30,245 bases of DNA from Prevotellaceae bacterium (GCA_031279735.1 JAITHX010000122.1:1-30245), one strand, 5' to 3'; counted from the first letter of the stretch, positions 9,284 to 17,474 are shown. The notes: generated from the sequence alone by a model not told the origin. Program-made: numbers and translations.

Positions 9284-9411
9284 GCGAAGCCTTCGTGTTT
9301 CTTCGTGCCTTCTTCGTGTTTCTTCGTGTTTCTTCGTGTAACAAACACGCAACAAAAATATTATTACACGAAGAAACACGACGAAGACGCGAAGAAACAC
9401 GAAGGCTTCGC
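9284..9411. repeat. TTCTTCGTGT decamer array with an inverted copy (hairpin)
   Basis: Left arm 9284-9341 and right arm 9364-9411. GCGAAGCCTTCGTGTTTCTTCG pairs with CGAAGAAACACGAAGGCTTCGC. Confidence 0.9.
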
Positions 9412-9420
9412 CGGTATGAG

Positions 9421-9713
9421 GGTGGGGTGTCCAAAATCCCGTATCAATCTTTAAAATCTTCCTCCCGTTTTTCACCGCGTTGCGGTGTTTTTTTAACCGC
9501 TAAGGGCGGCTTCGCAGAGAACGCAAGGGCTTCGCGTCCTTTGCGCTGTGTGTGTGTCGCAAAGGACGCGAAGCCCTTGCGTTCTCTGCGAAGCCTCTGC
9601 GCCCTTAGCGTTTATAAAAAACACCGCAACGCGGTGAAAGCCGAGTGGAAGATTTTAAGACTTGCCCCCGTATTTTGGACACCCCACCCCATACCCCATA
9701 CCCTATACCCTAT
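9421..9713. repeat. Nested palindromic REP/REPIN-like element, likely bidirectional terminator of the hmu operon
   Basis: Perfect 38-bp stem 9508-9545/9558-9595 with a 12-nt loop. Outer stem 9471-9493/9616-9638. Outermost arms GGGGTGTCCAAAAT.../...ATTTTGGACACCCC, followed by a CCCCATA array. Confidence 0.93.
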
Positions 9714-9775
9714 ATTTAATCGTGTAAAAACCCTTGTTCGTCGATTTTCGGAGTGTTCGGACGTGCGATTAGGCG

Positions 9776-9783
9776 TATCTTTG
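9776..9783 (+). promoter_or_regulatory. Bacteroidota -7 promoter element
   Basis: TATCTTTG matches TAnnTTTG, 45 nt before the ATG at 9829. Confidence 0.7.
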
Positions 9784-9828
9784 CGCTATGTTTTTTATTA
9801 ATGAACAACAGGTATTAAAACAAAAGTT

Positions 9829-10584
9829 ATGGTTAAGACACATGGCAATTATGGCAATTCGAGAGTGACGCTGGGAATAGCGCTCATAGTGGTAGGGGCG
9901 CTGCTGGCGGCGCTTAATTTCAACGTGCTTCCCGCAAAGGCGGGCAGTATAATCTATTCGTGGCAGATGTTGCTGATTGTTATCGGGACGGTGTCGCTGT
10001 TCAGGCGGCGCGTTCTGTCGGGCGTGATACTGATGGTTATCGGCTGCTTTTTCATGGTTCCGCGTCTGGGACGGCTTTATCCCGAATCGTTTCCGGCGGC
10101 GGATACTTTCGTGTCGCTCTACTGGCCTCTGCTTCTCGTTTTCGCGGGGATTCTTGTGCTTGTCTTTCGGGCGCGCGGCAGGCGGCATCGTTCCGAGCGG
10201 TTCCGCTGCATGAAGAGCAGGTTGAGCGAGAGCGGGAAGCGGTATCCGGTGAACGAGGATTTTCGCAAGGTGAACGTTTTCGGCTACGGCGAGTATTTCG
10301 TCATGGACACCGAGTTCAACGGCGGCACGCTGACGGCGGTTTTCGGAGGGATGGAGGTTGATCTGCGCAAGGCGCTGCTGCCCGAAGGCGATACGTATCT
10401 TAAGGTAGAGATGGTGTTCAGCGGTCTCACTCTGTTCATCTCGGAGGAATGGACGGTCGATACGCAAATCGAAGTGGTTGCGGGAGGAATAGAAGACCGC
10501 CGCAAGGGCCGGACTGATTCGAGGGGACGACGGCTGATCATCTTCGGTTCGGTGGTGTTCGGCGGCGTCGAAATTAAAAACTGA
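9829..10584 (+). CDS. LiaF-like membrane protein (N-terminal TM region, C-terminal DUF2154-type domain)
   Basis: GIALIVVGALL, SWQMLLIVIG and YWPLLLVFAG TM pattern. C-terminal F.GG....VFGGMEVDLR...GGIED...VVFGGVEIKN. Confidence 0.78.
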   Translation: MVKTHGNYGNSRVTLGIALIVVGALLAALNFNVLPAKAGSIIYSWQMLLIVIGTVSLFRRRVLSGVILMVIGCFFMVPRLGRLYPESFPAADTFVSLYWPLLLVFAGILVLVFRARGRRHRSERFRCMKSRLSESGKRYPVNEDFRKVNVFGYGEYFVMDTEFNGGTLTAVFGGMEVDLRKALLPEGDTYLKVEMVFSGLTLFISEEWTVDTQIEVVAGGIEDRRKGRTDSRGRRLIIFGSVVFGGVEIKN

Positions 10585-10601
10585 CATAGCATCTGCCTCT
10601 T

Positions 10602-11510
10602 ATGCCCGAGAACAACCCGAAAAACATTATATACGTCTTGTCGTGGACGGTTTATGCGGCGCTGCATCTGGCTTCGACCTGTCCGCTGGTCGATGTGCCG
10701 CTTGAGCTGCTTGCTGTTGATGCGTGCCTGCACGCCGCGCTGTTTGCCGCTCTGGGTCTGGCAATACGTTTCGTGCTGCGCTATGCGAAGTGCGAAACTT
10801 TGCCGCCCGCGCGCCGATATTCCAACTTCGGCGTGCTTGCGCTTCTTACTGTTGCGCTCTGGACGGGAACGTGCTGGGCGGCGGAATACGCGCTGTTCGA
10901 TGAAACGGCTCTCGCGTTCGTCCCCCTGCTGCCTGTCAGGGCGCTGACAGGGCTTATGTTCTACGCGGTTGTCGTGCTTTTCTTCTACGTGACCGGCGGG
11001 CATGTCAACCCCGACAAGAACAAACTCATGATCGATGCCGGATTCGGCTACGTTCCGGAACGCGACGCGAACATCGCTGCCGAACCGGAACGCGAACCGG
11101 AACGCGAACCGGAACCGGAACGCGGATTGGAACCGGAATCGGAAGTCAAGCCCGACAGGAACTGCGACACGGAAGCGGAGATACCCGGTCGGGTCACGGT
11201 GAAGGTAAAGCAGAAGATACATCTCATTCCGCTGAGCGACATTGTATATCTGCAATCCTGCGGCGACTACGTGCAGATTATCACTCCGACGGGGAAATAT
11301 CTGAAAGAGCGCACAATGAAGTATTTCGAGGAGCATCTGCCCCGCGCTTCGTTCGTGCGTATTCACCGTTCATACATAATAAATGTGGACTACATTTCGA
11401 GCATCGAATCGGCAGGGCGTCAGAGTCAGCAGGTTTCGCTCAAAACGGGCGAATGGCTAAACGTCAGCATTACGGGTTACAAAGCCCTGAAAGCAGTTCT
11501 GAATTTGTAG
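10602..11510 (+). CDS. Membrane-anchored LytTR-domain transcriptional regulator (no receiver domain)
   Basis: About 4 N-terminal hydrophobic helices, an EPER-rich linker, and a C-terminal LytTR domain (IVYLQSCGDYV, FVRIHRSYIIN). Confidence 0.85.
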   Translation: MPENNPKNIIYVLSWTVYAALHLASTCPLVDVPLELLAVDACLHAALFAALGLAIRFVLRYAKCETLPPARRYSNFGVLALLTVALWTGTCWAAEYALFDETALAFVPLLPVRALTGLMFYAVVVLFFYVTGGHVNPDKNKLMIDAGFGYVPERDANIAAEPEREPEREPEPERGLEPESEVKPDRNCDTEAEIPGRVTVKVKQKIHLIPLSDIVYLQSCGDYVQIITPTGKYLKERTMKYFEEHLPRASFVRIHRSYIINVDYISSIESAGRQSQQVSLKTGEWLNVSITGYKALKAVLNL

Positions 11511-11518
11511 AAAAGTAT

Positions 11519-11526
11519 TATCTTTG
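11519..11526 (+). promoter_or_regulatory. Bacteroidota -7 promoter element for argC
   Basis: TATCTTTG 21 nt upstream of the argC ATG. Confidence 0.7.
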
Positions 11527-11547
11527 CGCGAATTTTTTTAAAAACAC

Positions 11548-12534
11548 ATGCGAAACAGGCAAACTAAACCAAGCGTGGGAATAGTCGGCGGCACGGGCTA
11601 CACCGCCGGCGAACTGCTGAGAATACTCGTCAATCATCCCAAGGTCGAAATAAAGTTCGTATTCAGCAGGTCGAATCCGGGCGCGGCGGTCACGTCGGCG
11701 CATACCGACCTCGCCGGCGACCTCGACTTGCGCTTTACGAACAAACTCGAACCGGCGGACTTTCTTTTTCTGTGTCTTGGTCACGGGGTGTCACGCAGCT
11801 TTCTCGCCGAAAACCCCGTCGGCTCCGAAACGAGAATCATCGATCTCGGTTCGGACTTCCGCGTGAATTCCACCGACGATTCGGGACGACAGTTTGTTTA
11901 CGGGCTGCCCGAACTGCGCTCGGCGGCGATAGCCGAAGCGCGGAACATCGCAAATCCGGGATGCTTCGCCACCGCGATCCAGCTGGCGCTGCTTCCCGTC
12001 GTCGAACTCCTCGCGCCGGAACACGAGATTCACGTCAACGCCGTTACAGGTTCGACGGGGGCGGGGCGCACGCTGAGCGAAACCTCCCATTTCAGCTCCC
12101 GCGAAAGCAACATGTCGATCTACAACCCGTTTACCCACCGGCATCTCGACGAAATCACCGCAACGCTGAAAACCCTATCGCCCGCGCTTCCCGAAATAAA
12201 CTTCATCCCCGTGCGCGGAAACTTCACGCGGGGCATATTCGCATCAGTCTATACCCGCTGTCGGGCAGACGAAAGCGAAATACGCCGACGCTACGAGGAT
12301 TATTACGCCGACAGTCCGTTCACCCATGTTGTCGGCAAGGCTCCCTGCCTGAAAGACGCGCTCAATACCAACAAATGCCTGCTCAACGCAACATGCTACG
12401 GCGACAGGCTGTTAATAGTGAGCGTCATCGACAATCTTTTGAAAGGCGCATCAGGGCAAGCGGTTCAGAACATGAATCTGATGGCTGGCTTCGCTGCGGA
12501 CTGCGGACTGCGGCTGAAACCCTCCGGATTTTAG
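11548..12534 (+). CDS. argC: N-acetyl-gamma-glutamyl-phosphate reductase
   Basis: VGIVGGTGYTAGEL Rossmann motif, NPGCF catalytic Cys, GSTGAG, and DNLLKGASGQAVQNMN. Confidence 0.96.
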   Translation: MRNRQTKPSVGIVGGTGYTAGELLRILVNHPKVEIKFVFSRSNPGAAVTSAHTDLAGDLDLRFTNKLEPADFLFLCLGHGVSRSFLAENPVGSETRIIDLGSDFRVNSTDDSGRQFVYGLPELRSAAIAEARNIANPGCFATAIQLALLPVVELLAPEHEIHVNAVTGSTGAGRTLSETSHFSSRESNMSIYNPFTHRHLDEITATLKTLSPALPEINFIPVRGNFTRGIFASVYTRCRADESEIRRRYEDYYADSPFTHVVGKAPCLKDALNTNKCLLNATCYGDRLLIVSVIDNLLKGASGQAVQNMNLMAGFAADCGLRLKPSGF

Positions 12535-12650
12535 GAATTAAGTTATGAATTATGAATTATGAATTATGAATTGCCTGTCGGAGGTGAGGAGGGTTAAGAA
12601 ATTAAGAATTAAGAATTGCCTGCCGGAGGCGAGGATGATTGAGAATTATG
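12535..12650 (+). repeat. AATTATG/AATTAAG heptamer arrays with two GCCTGYCGGAGGYGAGGA linkers
   Basis: Begins immediately after the argC TAG. Linkers at 12573-12590 and 12618-12635. Confidence 0.92.
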
Positions 12651-12662
12651 GATACAACAATC

Positions 12663-12693
12663 GTATAACAACAGTATAACAACAGTATAACAA
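12663..12693 (+). repeat. GTATAACAACA 11-mer tandem repeat abutting the argG start codon
   Basis: Two perfect units plus a 9-nt partial unit ending at 12693. ATG at 12694. Confidence 0.85.
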
Positions 12694-13890
12694 ATGAAAA
12701 AAGTAGTATTGGCATTCAGCGGAGGACTGGACACATCGTTTTGCGTTCAGTATCTCAAGAACGAGAGAGGATTGGAAGTTCACACTGCATTGGTGGACAC
12801 CGGCGGATTCGACGAGGCGGAACTCGCCGACATAGAAAAGCGGGCGATAGACCTCGGCGCGGCAACGCACGTGAATATCGACCGCGCGCAGGAATTTTAC
12901 GAAAAGGGAATACGATATATGCTTTTCGGCAATTCTCTGCGTCAAAACACCTATCCGCTTTCGGTGAGTTCGGAGCGCATCTTTCAGGCACTCGCCATAG
13001 TGGAGTATGCGCGCGAAATCGGCGCTTCCTACGTGGCTCACGGAAGCACGGGCGCCGGCAACGATCAGGTGCGTTTCGATCTGGTGTTTCAGGTCATGGC
13101 GCCGGAGATAGAAATCATCACTCCCATACGCGAGCTGAGGCTTGCAAGGCACGAGGAAATAGACTATCTCGCCCGACACGGCTTTTCGTTCAGCCGCGAA
13201 AAGGCGAAGTATTCCATCAATCGCGGATTGTGGGGCACGAGCGTGGGCGGAGCCGAAACGCTTGTTTCCGACGGAGTGCTGCCCGAATCGGCGTATCCCG
13301 CCGCCGCCGCAGCCGAGGGAAGCGAAACCGTAACGGTGCGATTTGAACGCGGCGAACCGCGCGGGCTGAACGGCAGCGACATGCAGCCCGTAGCCCTCAT
13401 TCGCGAACTGGAGCGCATTGCGGCAGCTTACGGCGCGGGACGCGACACGCATGTCGGCGACACCATCATCGGCATCAAGGGGCGCGTAGGGTTTCAGGCT
13501 GCGGCAGCACTCATCCTCATCAACGCTCACCGGCTGCTCGAAAAACACGTGCTGACGAAATGGCAGCAGTACTGGAAAGACCAGATAGGCAACTGGTACG
13601 GGATGATGATGCACGAAGCTCAGTATCTCGATCCGGTGATGCGCGACATGGAGGCATATCTCGAATCCTCGCAACGATACGTTAGCGGCGAAGTCGATAT
13701 AGTTCTTCGCCCCTATCGCTTCAACGTCACGGGCTGTCGGAGCGAGCACGACCTCATGTCGTCGAAATTCGGCGAATACGGCGAAATCAACAAGGCGTTT
13801 ACCGGCGACGATGTCAAGGGGTTCACCCGCATACTGTCGAACCAGACGAAAATCTATTACGCCGTCAACTCGCCCGAAAAACAGGACTAA
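12694..13890 (+). CDS. argG: Argininosuccinate synthase
   Basis: VVLAFSGGLDTS PP-loop, HGSTGAGNDQVRF, and GLWGTSVGG. Confidence 0.96.
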   Translation: MKKVVLAFSGGLDTSFCVQYLKNERGLEVHTALVDTGGFDEAELADIEKRAIDLGAATHVNIDRAQEFYEKGIRYMLFGNSLRQNTYPLSVSSERIFQALAIVEYAREIGASYVAHGSTGAGNDQVRFDLVFQVMAPEIEIITPIRELRLARHEEIDYLARHGFSFSREKAKYSINRGLWGTSVGGAETLVSDGVLPESAYPAAAAAEGSETVTVRFERGEPRGLNGSDMQPVALIRELERIAAAYGAGRDTHVGDTIIGIKGRVGFQAAAALILINAHRLLEKHVLTKWQQYWKDQIGNWYGMMMHEAQYLDPVMRDMEAYLESSQRYVSGEVDIVLRPYRFNVTGCRSEHDLMSSKFGEYGEINKAFTGDDVKGFTRILSNQTKIYYAVNSPEKQD

Positions 13891-13902
13891 GAAACGGCGG
13901 AC

Positions 13903-14421
13903 ATGACTAAGGAAACACTGTCGCTCTCGATAAACTTCATCGTTCTGATTCTGTTGCAGGCTTTCCTGTTCAACGCTATGTATCTGGGCGTTTACGTCAG
14001 TCTGCAGCTTTATCTGATGTTCATAATTTTCCTGCCGGCGAAACTGCCCGCCATAACAGTAATGGTTCTGGCGGCAATCACGGGAATAACGACCGACCTG
14101 CTCTCGTCGGGCGATATAGGCTTGCATCTTGCCGCCTGCGTGGCAATGGCTTATATTCGTCCGTTCATGCTGTCGAAAACGTCGCCGACAGACATACAGT
14201 TCGAAATACCGGACCTCGATCTCCCTCATTTCAGCGAATATCTCCTGTATGTCGGAATACTCGTCCTGATGCACCACTCCGTCCTGTTTATCTTTGAGAG
14301 CTTGAGCTTTAAAGAATTCGGATACATCGTGGCGCGAATTTGCGCGAGCGCCGCAGTAAATATCTTTCTCATCTGTGTCATAAAGAGTATTCCGCCGATA
14401 GTGAAGCATAAAAAAAGATAA
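13903..14421 (+). CDS. mreD: Rod shape-determining protein MreD (Bacteroidota type), stand-alone
   Basis: 172-aa hydrophobic protein with LLQAFLFN, LY..FI..LP, G...D....G.H, MAYIRP and HH..LFIFE pattern recognised from Bacteroidota MreD. Confidence 0.68.
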   Translation: MTKETLSLSINFIVLILLQAFLFNAMYLGVYVSLQLYLMFIIFLPAKLPAITVMVLAAITGITTDLLSSGDIGLHLAACVAMAYIRPFMLSKTSPTDIQFEIPDLDLPHFSEYLLYVGILVLMHHSVLFIFESLSFKEFGYIVARICASAAVNIFLICVIKSIPPIVKHKKR

Positions 14422-14423
14422 CT

Positions 14424-15464
14424 ATGTATAATAACGACATTGGCATTCCGAACGGAGAATATTTCGGAATGACTTGCGGCGACGAAAGCGAGATTGAGAT
14501 AATATCGGTGCCGTGGGATGCAACGGTTTCCTTTGGCGCCGGTACATCCAAAGCGCCGCAGGCAATCATCGACGCTTCGATTCAAGTGGATTTGTTTGAT
14601 GCGGACGTTGAGAATGCATGGGAAATGAAACTCTCCTCGACTATGCTCGACCTCTCCCGCTTGAACGGGGAAACCAGACTTGCTGCCGCAGCGGTTATCA
14701 GCCGGCTCGAAAAGGGCTGCAAGACCTCCGATGCCGACGTCGCTCTCATGCTCGAACAGGTCAACGCGGCTTCAGAGCTTGTCAACGGCGCAGTGTACGA
14801 TGCGGCGAAGGATATTCTGGACAGGGGTAAAACGCCCGCTCTCGTCGGCGGCGACCACAGCGTCCCGTTCGGACTGATTAAGGCAGTAGCCGAAAGACAT
14901 CCGGGCGTCGGCATCCTGCATATCGACGCGCACGCCGACTTGCGATGCGCTTACGAAGGATTCGTACATTCGCACGCTTCGATAATGTATAACGTGACCG
15001 AGCGTATCGCCGGCGTAGCCAGACTTGTGCAGGTTGCCGTGAGGGACTTTTGCGAGGAGGAGCGGCTGCGTGTCGCCTCGTCCGGCGGCAGGATAGTGAT
15101 GTTTACCGACGACAGTCTGAAAGCGAACGAATACGAGGGTGTGACATGGAGCCGCCAATGCTCGGAAATAGTTTCCTGTCTGCCCGACAAGGTTTATGTC
15201 AGTTTCGACATCGACGGCTTGTGTCCCTCTCTCTGCCCCGGCACCGGCACTCCGGTGCCCGGCGGTCTGGACTTTCCGCAAGCCATGTATCTGCTGAAGC
15301 GTATCGCGTTCTCCGGACGGGAGATTGTGGGGTTCGACCTCTGCGAGGCGGCACCGCGTAAAATAGACGGCGAGACAGACGGCGAGACAGACGGATGGGA
15401 TGCGAACGTCGCCGCCCGCGCGCTCTTTAAATTATGCTGTTATACCCGTCGTTCCGGCAAATGA
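14424..15464 (+). CDS. speB: Agmatinase / ureohydrolase family protein
   Basis: VPWDATVSF, GGDHS, HIDAHADLR and SFDIDG...PGTGTPVPGG metal-binding motifs intact. Substrate not provable from sequence. Confidence 0.78.
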   Translation: MYNNDIGIPNGEYFGMTCGDESEIEIISVPWDATVSFGAGTSKAPQAIIDASIQVDLFDADVENAWEMKLSSTMLDLSRLNGETRLAAAAVISRLEKGCKTSDADVALMLEQVNAASELVNGAVYDAAKDILDRGKTPALVGGDHSVPFGLIKAVAERHPGVGILHIDAHADLRCAYEGFVHSHASIMYNVTERIAGVARLVQVAVRDFCEEERLRVASSGGRIVMFTDDSLKANEYEGVTWSRQCSEIVSCLPDKVYVSFDIDGLCPSLCPGTGTPVPGGLDFPQAMYLLKRIAFSGREIVGFDLCEAAPRKIDGETDGETDGWDANVAARALFKLCCYTRRSGK

Positions 15465-15486
15465 CGATTCAAACTCCCGCACCCGT

Positions 15487-16440
15487 ATGCCTGTAACCGT
15501 TCCGCATGGCTTCCCCGCCGCCGAATATCTGAAAAGCGAGCATATTGCGGTCGATGAGCCGACAGCGGCACATTCTTTGTCTGCTCCGTCGTCCGCTCCG
15601 TCGTTCGCTCCGTCGTTCGCTCTGCGTCTTGCCGTTCTCAATCTGATGCCGATGAAGCGGGAAACGGAAGCGGACTTGCTGCGTCTGTTTTCAAATTCTC
15701 CCCTGCGGATAGAGATAGACTGGGTGCGCCCCGGCACGCATGTATCTAAAAACACGCCCGCCGAACATCTGCGCGAGTACTACGCGGTGATAGACGATGT
15801 GAAGGATCGGCTCTACGACGGATTCGTGGTGACAGGCGCTCCGGTCGAGCATCTCGAATTTGAAGCGGTGGACTACTGGGACGAAATCGCGGAGTTTCTC
15901 GACAGGATGCGTACCCGCGCGGGCGCTTCGCTGTTTGTCTGCTGGGCGGCTCAAGCCGCGCTCTATCACTATTACGGCGTGAGGAAATATCCGCTGCCGA
16001 ACAAGATGTTCGGAGTGTTCGAGCATACGGTCGGCGACGCGGCGAATCCTCTGTTCAGGGGTTTCGACGATGTGTTCTACGCGCCCCACAGCCGCTACAC
16101 GGAAATACGCAGGGAGGAGGTGCTGGCGGTGCCGGAACTGAGGCTTGTGTCCGAATCCGACGAAGCCGGCGTGTATGTCGTTCAGTCGCGCAACGGACGG
16201 GAAACGTTCGTGACCGGTCACTCGGAATACGCGCCCGACACCCTGCACAAGGAGTATTTGCGCGATGTGGCGAAGAATCTCCCGATCGACCCGCCCCGAA
16301 ATTACTATCCCCACGATAATCCCGACAATCCGCCGACGGTGCGCTGGCGGTCTCACGCAAACCTTTTGTTTGTCAACTGGCTTAATTATTGCGTGCTTAA
16401 AAATGCCCGCCCCCGCAACAACAATATCGAACTTTTATGA
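15487..16440 (+). CDS. metA: Homoserine O-acyltransferase MetA family (acetyl-specific signature)
   Basis: Start [11 protein letters not shown] (ORF-track start 15400 overlaps the upstream gene). LNLMP, TGAPVE, CWAAQA catalytic Cys, PHSR, and GHSEY catalytic His. Confidence 0.93.
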   Translation: MPVTVPHGFPAAEYLKSEHIAVDEPTAAHSLSAPSSAPSFAPSFALRLAVLNLMPMKRETEADLLRLFSNSPLRIEIDWVRPGTHVSKNTPAEHLREYYAVIDDVKDRLYDGFVVTGAPVEHLEFEAVDYWDEIAEFLDRMRTRAGASLFVCWAAQAALYHYYGVRKYPLPNKMFGVFEHTVGDAANPLFRGFDDVFYAPHSRYTEIRREEVLAVPELRLVSESDEAGVYVVQSRNGRETFVTGHSEYAPDTLHKEYLRDVAKNLPIDPPRNYYPHDNPDNPPTVRWRSHANLLFVNWLNYCVLKNARPRNNNIELL

Positions 16441-17138
16441 GACTGATACCCGCAATAGACATAATGGACGGCAAATGCGTGCGCCTCACCAGAGGCGACT
16501 ACTCCACAAGGAAGGTCTATAACGAAAACCCTCTCGATACGGCGAAGGAATTTGAAGCCGCCGGAATAAAATATCTGCACCTTGTCGATCTCGACGGAGC
16601 AAAATCCAGTCACATTGTCAACCACAGAGTTCTGGAGCAAATAGCGCGACACACCTCCCTGCAAATCGACTTCGGCGGAGGTCTCAAATCGGACGACGAT
16701 CTGCGCATCGCCTTCGACTGCGGCGCCGCACAGATAACGGCGGGAAGCATAGCCGTGAAGAATCCCGACCTGTTTCTGCAATGGCTTGACAAATACGGAG
16801 CCGACAGAATTATACTCGGAGCCGACAGCGCAAATCGCAAGATAGCGACTTCGGGCTGGCTGCAAACCTCGTCGCTCGACGTGCTGGACTTCATCTCGAT
16901 GCACGAGAAAAACGGAGTGAAATATGTGATATGCACCGATATCGACAGAGACGGAATGTTGCGCGGTCCCTCGTTTGAACTCTATGCCGAAATACTGCAA
17001 ACAACGTCCGTGCATCTGATAGCGAGCGGAGGAGTTTCGTGCATAGCCGACTTGCACCGTCTCGAAGAAACGGGATGCGAAGGCGTTATCATAGGCAAGG
17101 CGCTATATGAAGGGAGAATCACTCTCGATGAATTATAG
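16437..17138 (+). CDS. hisA: ProFAR isomerase (histidine biosynthesis)
   Basis: [43 protein letters not shown] and IIGKALYEG. Confidence 0.93.
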   Translation: MRLIPAIDIMDGKCVRLTRGDYSTRKVYNENPLDTAKEFEAAGIKYLHLVDLDGAKSSHIVNHRVLEQIARHTSLQIDFGGGLKSDDDLRIAFDCGAAQITAGSIAVKNPDLFLQWLDKYGADRIILGADSANRKIATSGWLQTSSLDVLDFISMHEKNGVKYVICTDIDRDGMLRGPSFELYAEILQTTSVHLIASGGVSCIADLHRLEETGCEGVIIGKALYEGRITLDEL

Positions 17139-17163
17139 GGTATGGGGTATGGGGCGCTTCGCC
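17134..17163 (-). repeat. Inverted copy of the CCCCATA-array module overlapping the hisA stop codon
   Basis: TATAGGGTATGGGGTATGGGGCGCTTCGCC is the reverse complement of 97-126 with one mismatch. Confidence 0.88.
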
Positions 17164-17213
17164 TGATGGCAGGGATTCTATCTCTGTCTTTCCATGCCGA
17201 TACCCTACATCCG

Positions 17214-17325
17214 TTTTTCACCGCGTTGCGGTGTTTTTTTTACCGCAAAGGACGCAGAGGCATCGCAAAGGGCGCCAGGGCTTCGCGTCCTTTGCGGTAA
17301 AAAAACACCGCAACGCGGTGAAAAA
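17214..17325. terminator. REP-like palindrome; probable bidirectional intrinsic terminator after hisA
   Basis: Core CACCGCGTTGCGGTG (17219-17233) followed by a T8 tract. Inverted core at 17306-17320 preceded by an A7 tract. Arms of about 41 bp pair with one bulge. Confidence 0.78.
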
Positions 17326-17371
17326 TTATATTTCTGTGCAACGAACTTTTAAAGGATGACGAATAAATAAC

Positions 17372-17474
17372 TTAGCACACAGATAACACAGATAACACAG
17401 ATAACACGGATGACACAGATTTACGCGAATTTAAATCTGTATCGTCTGTATCGTCTGTATTATCTGCGTGCTGA
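17372..17474. repeat. ACACAGATA nonamer array with a degenerate inverted copy
   Basis: Left arm TTAGCAC(ACAGATAAC)n...GATTTA at 17372-17423. Right arm TAAATC(TGTATCGTC)n...GTGCTGA at 17432-17474. Confidence 0.85.

Noticed and set aside
9179-9801. ORFs 9179-9454, 9235-9801 and 9263-9475
   Set aside because: They are translations of repeat DNA (YELRITN, FFVFLRV) with no family motifs.
12494-12513. CTGCGGA 7-mer repeat in the argC 3' end
   Set aside because: Under three units, and the C-terminus looks normal in length; likely coincidence.
7290-12650. CRISPR array interpretation of the heptamer/linker blocks
   Set aside because: No unique spacers, units too short, and no cas genes.
12646-14409. 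587-aa minus-strand ORF
   Set aside because: Antisense shadow of argG/mreD.
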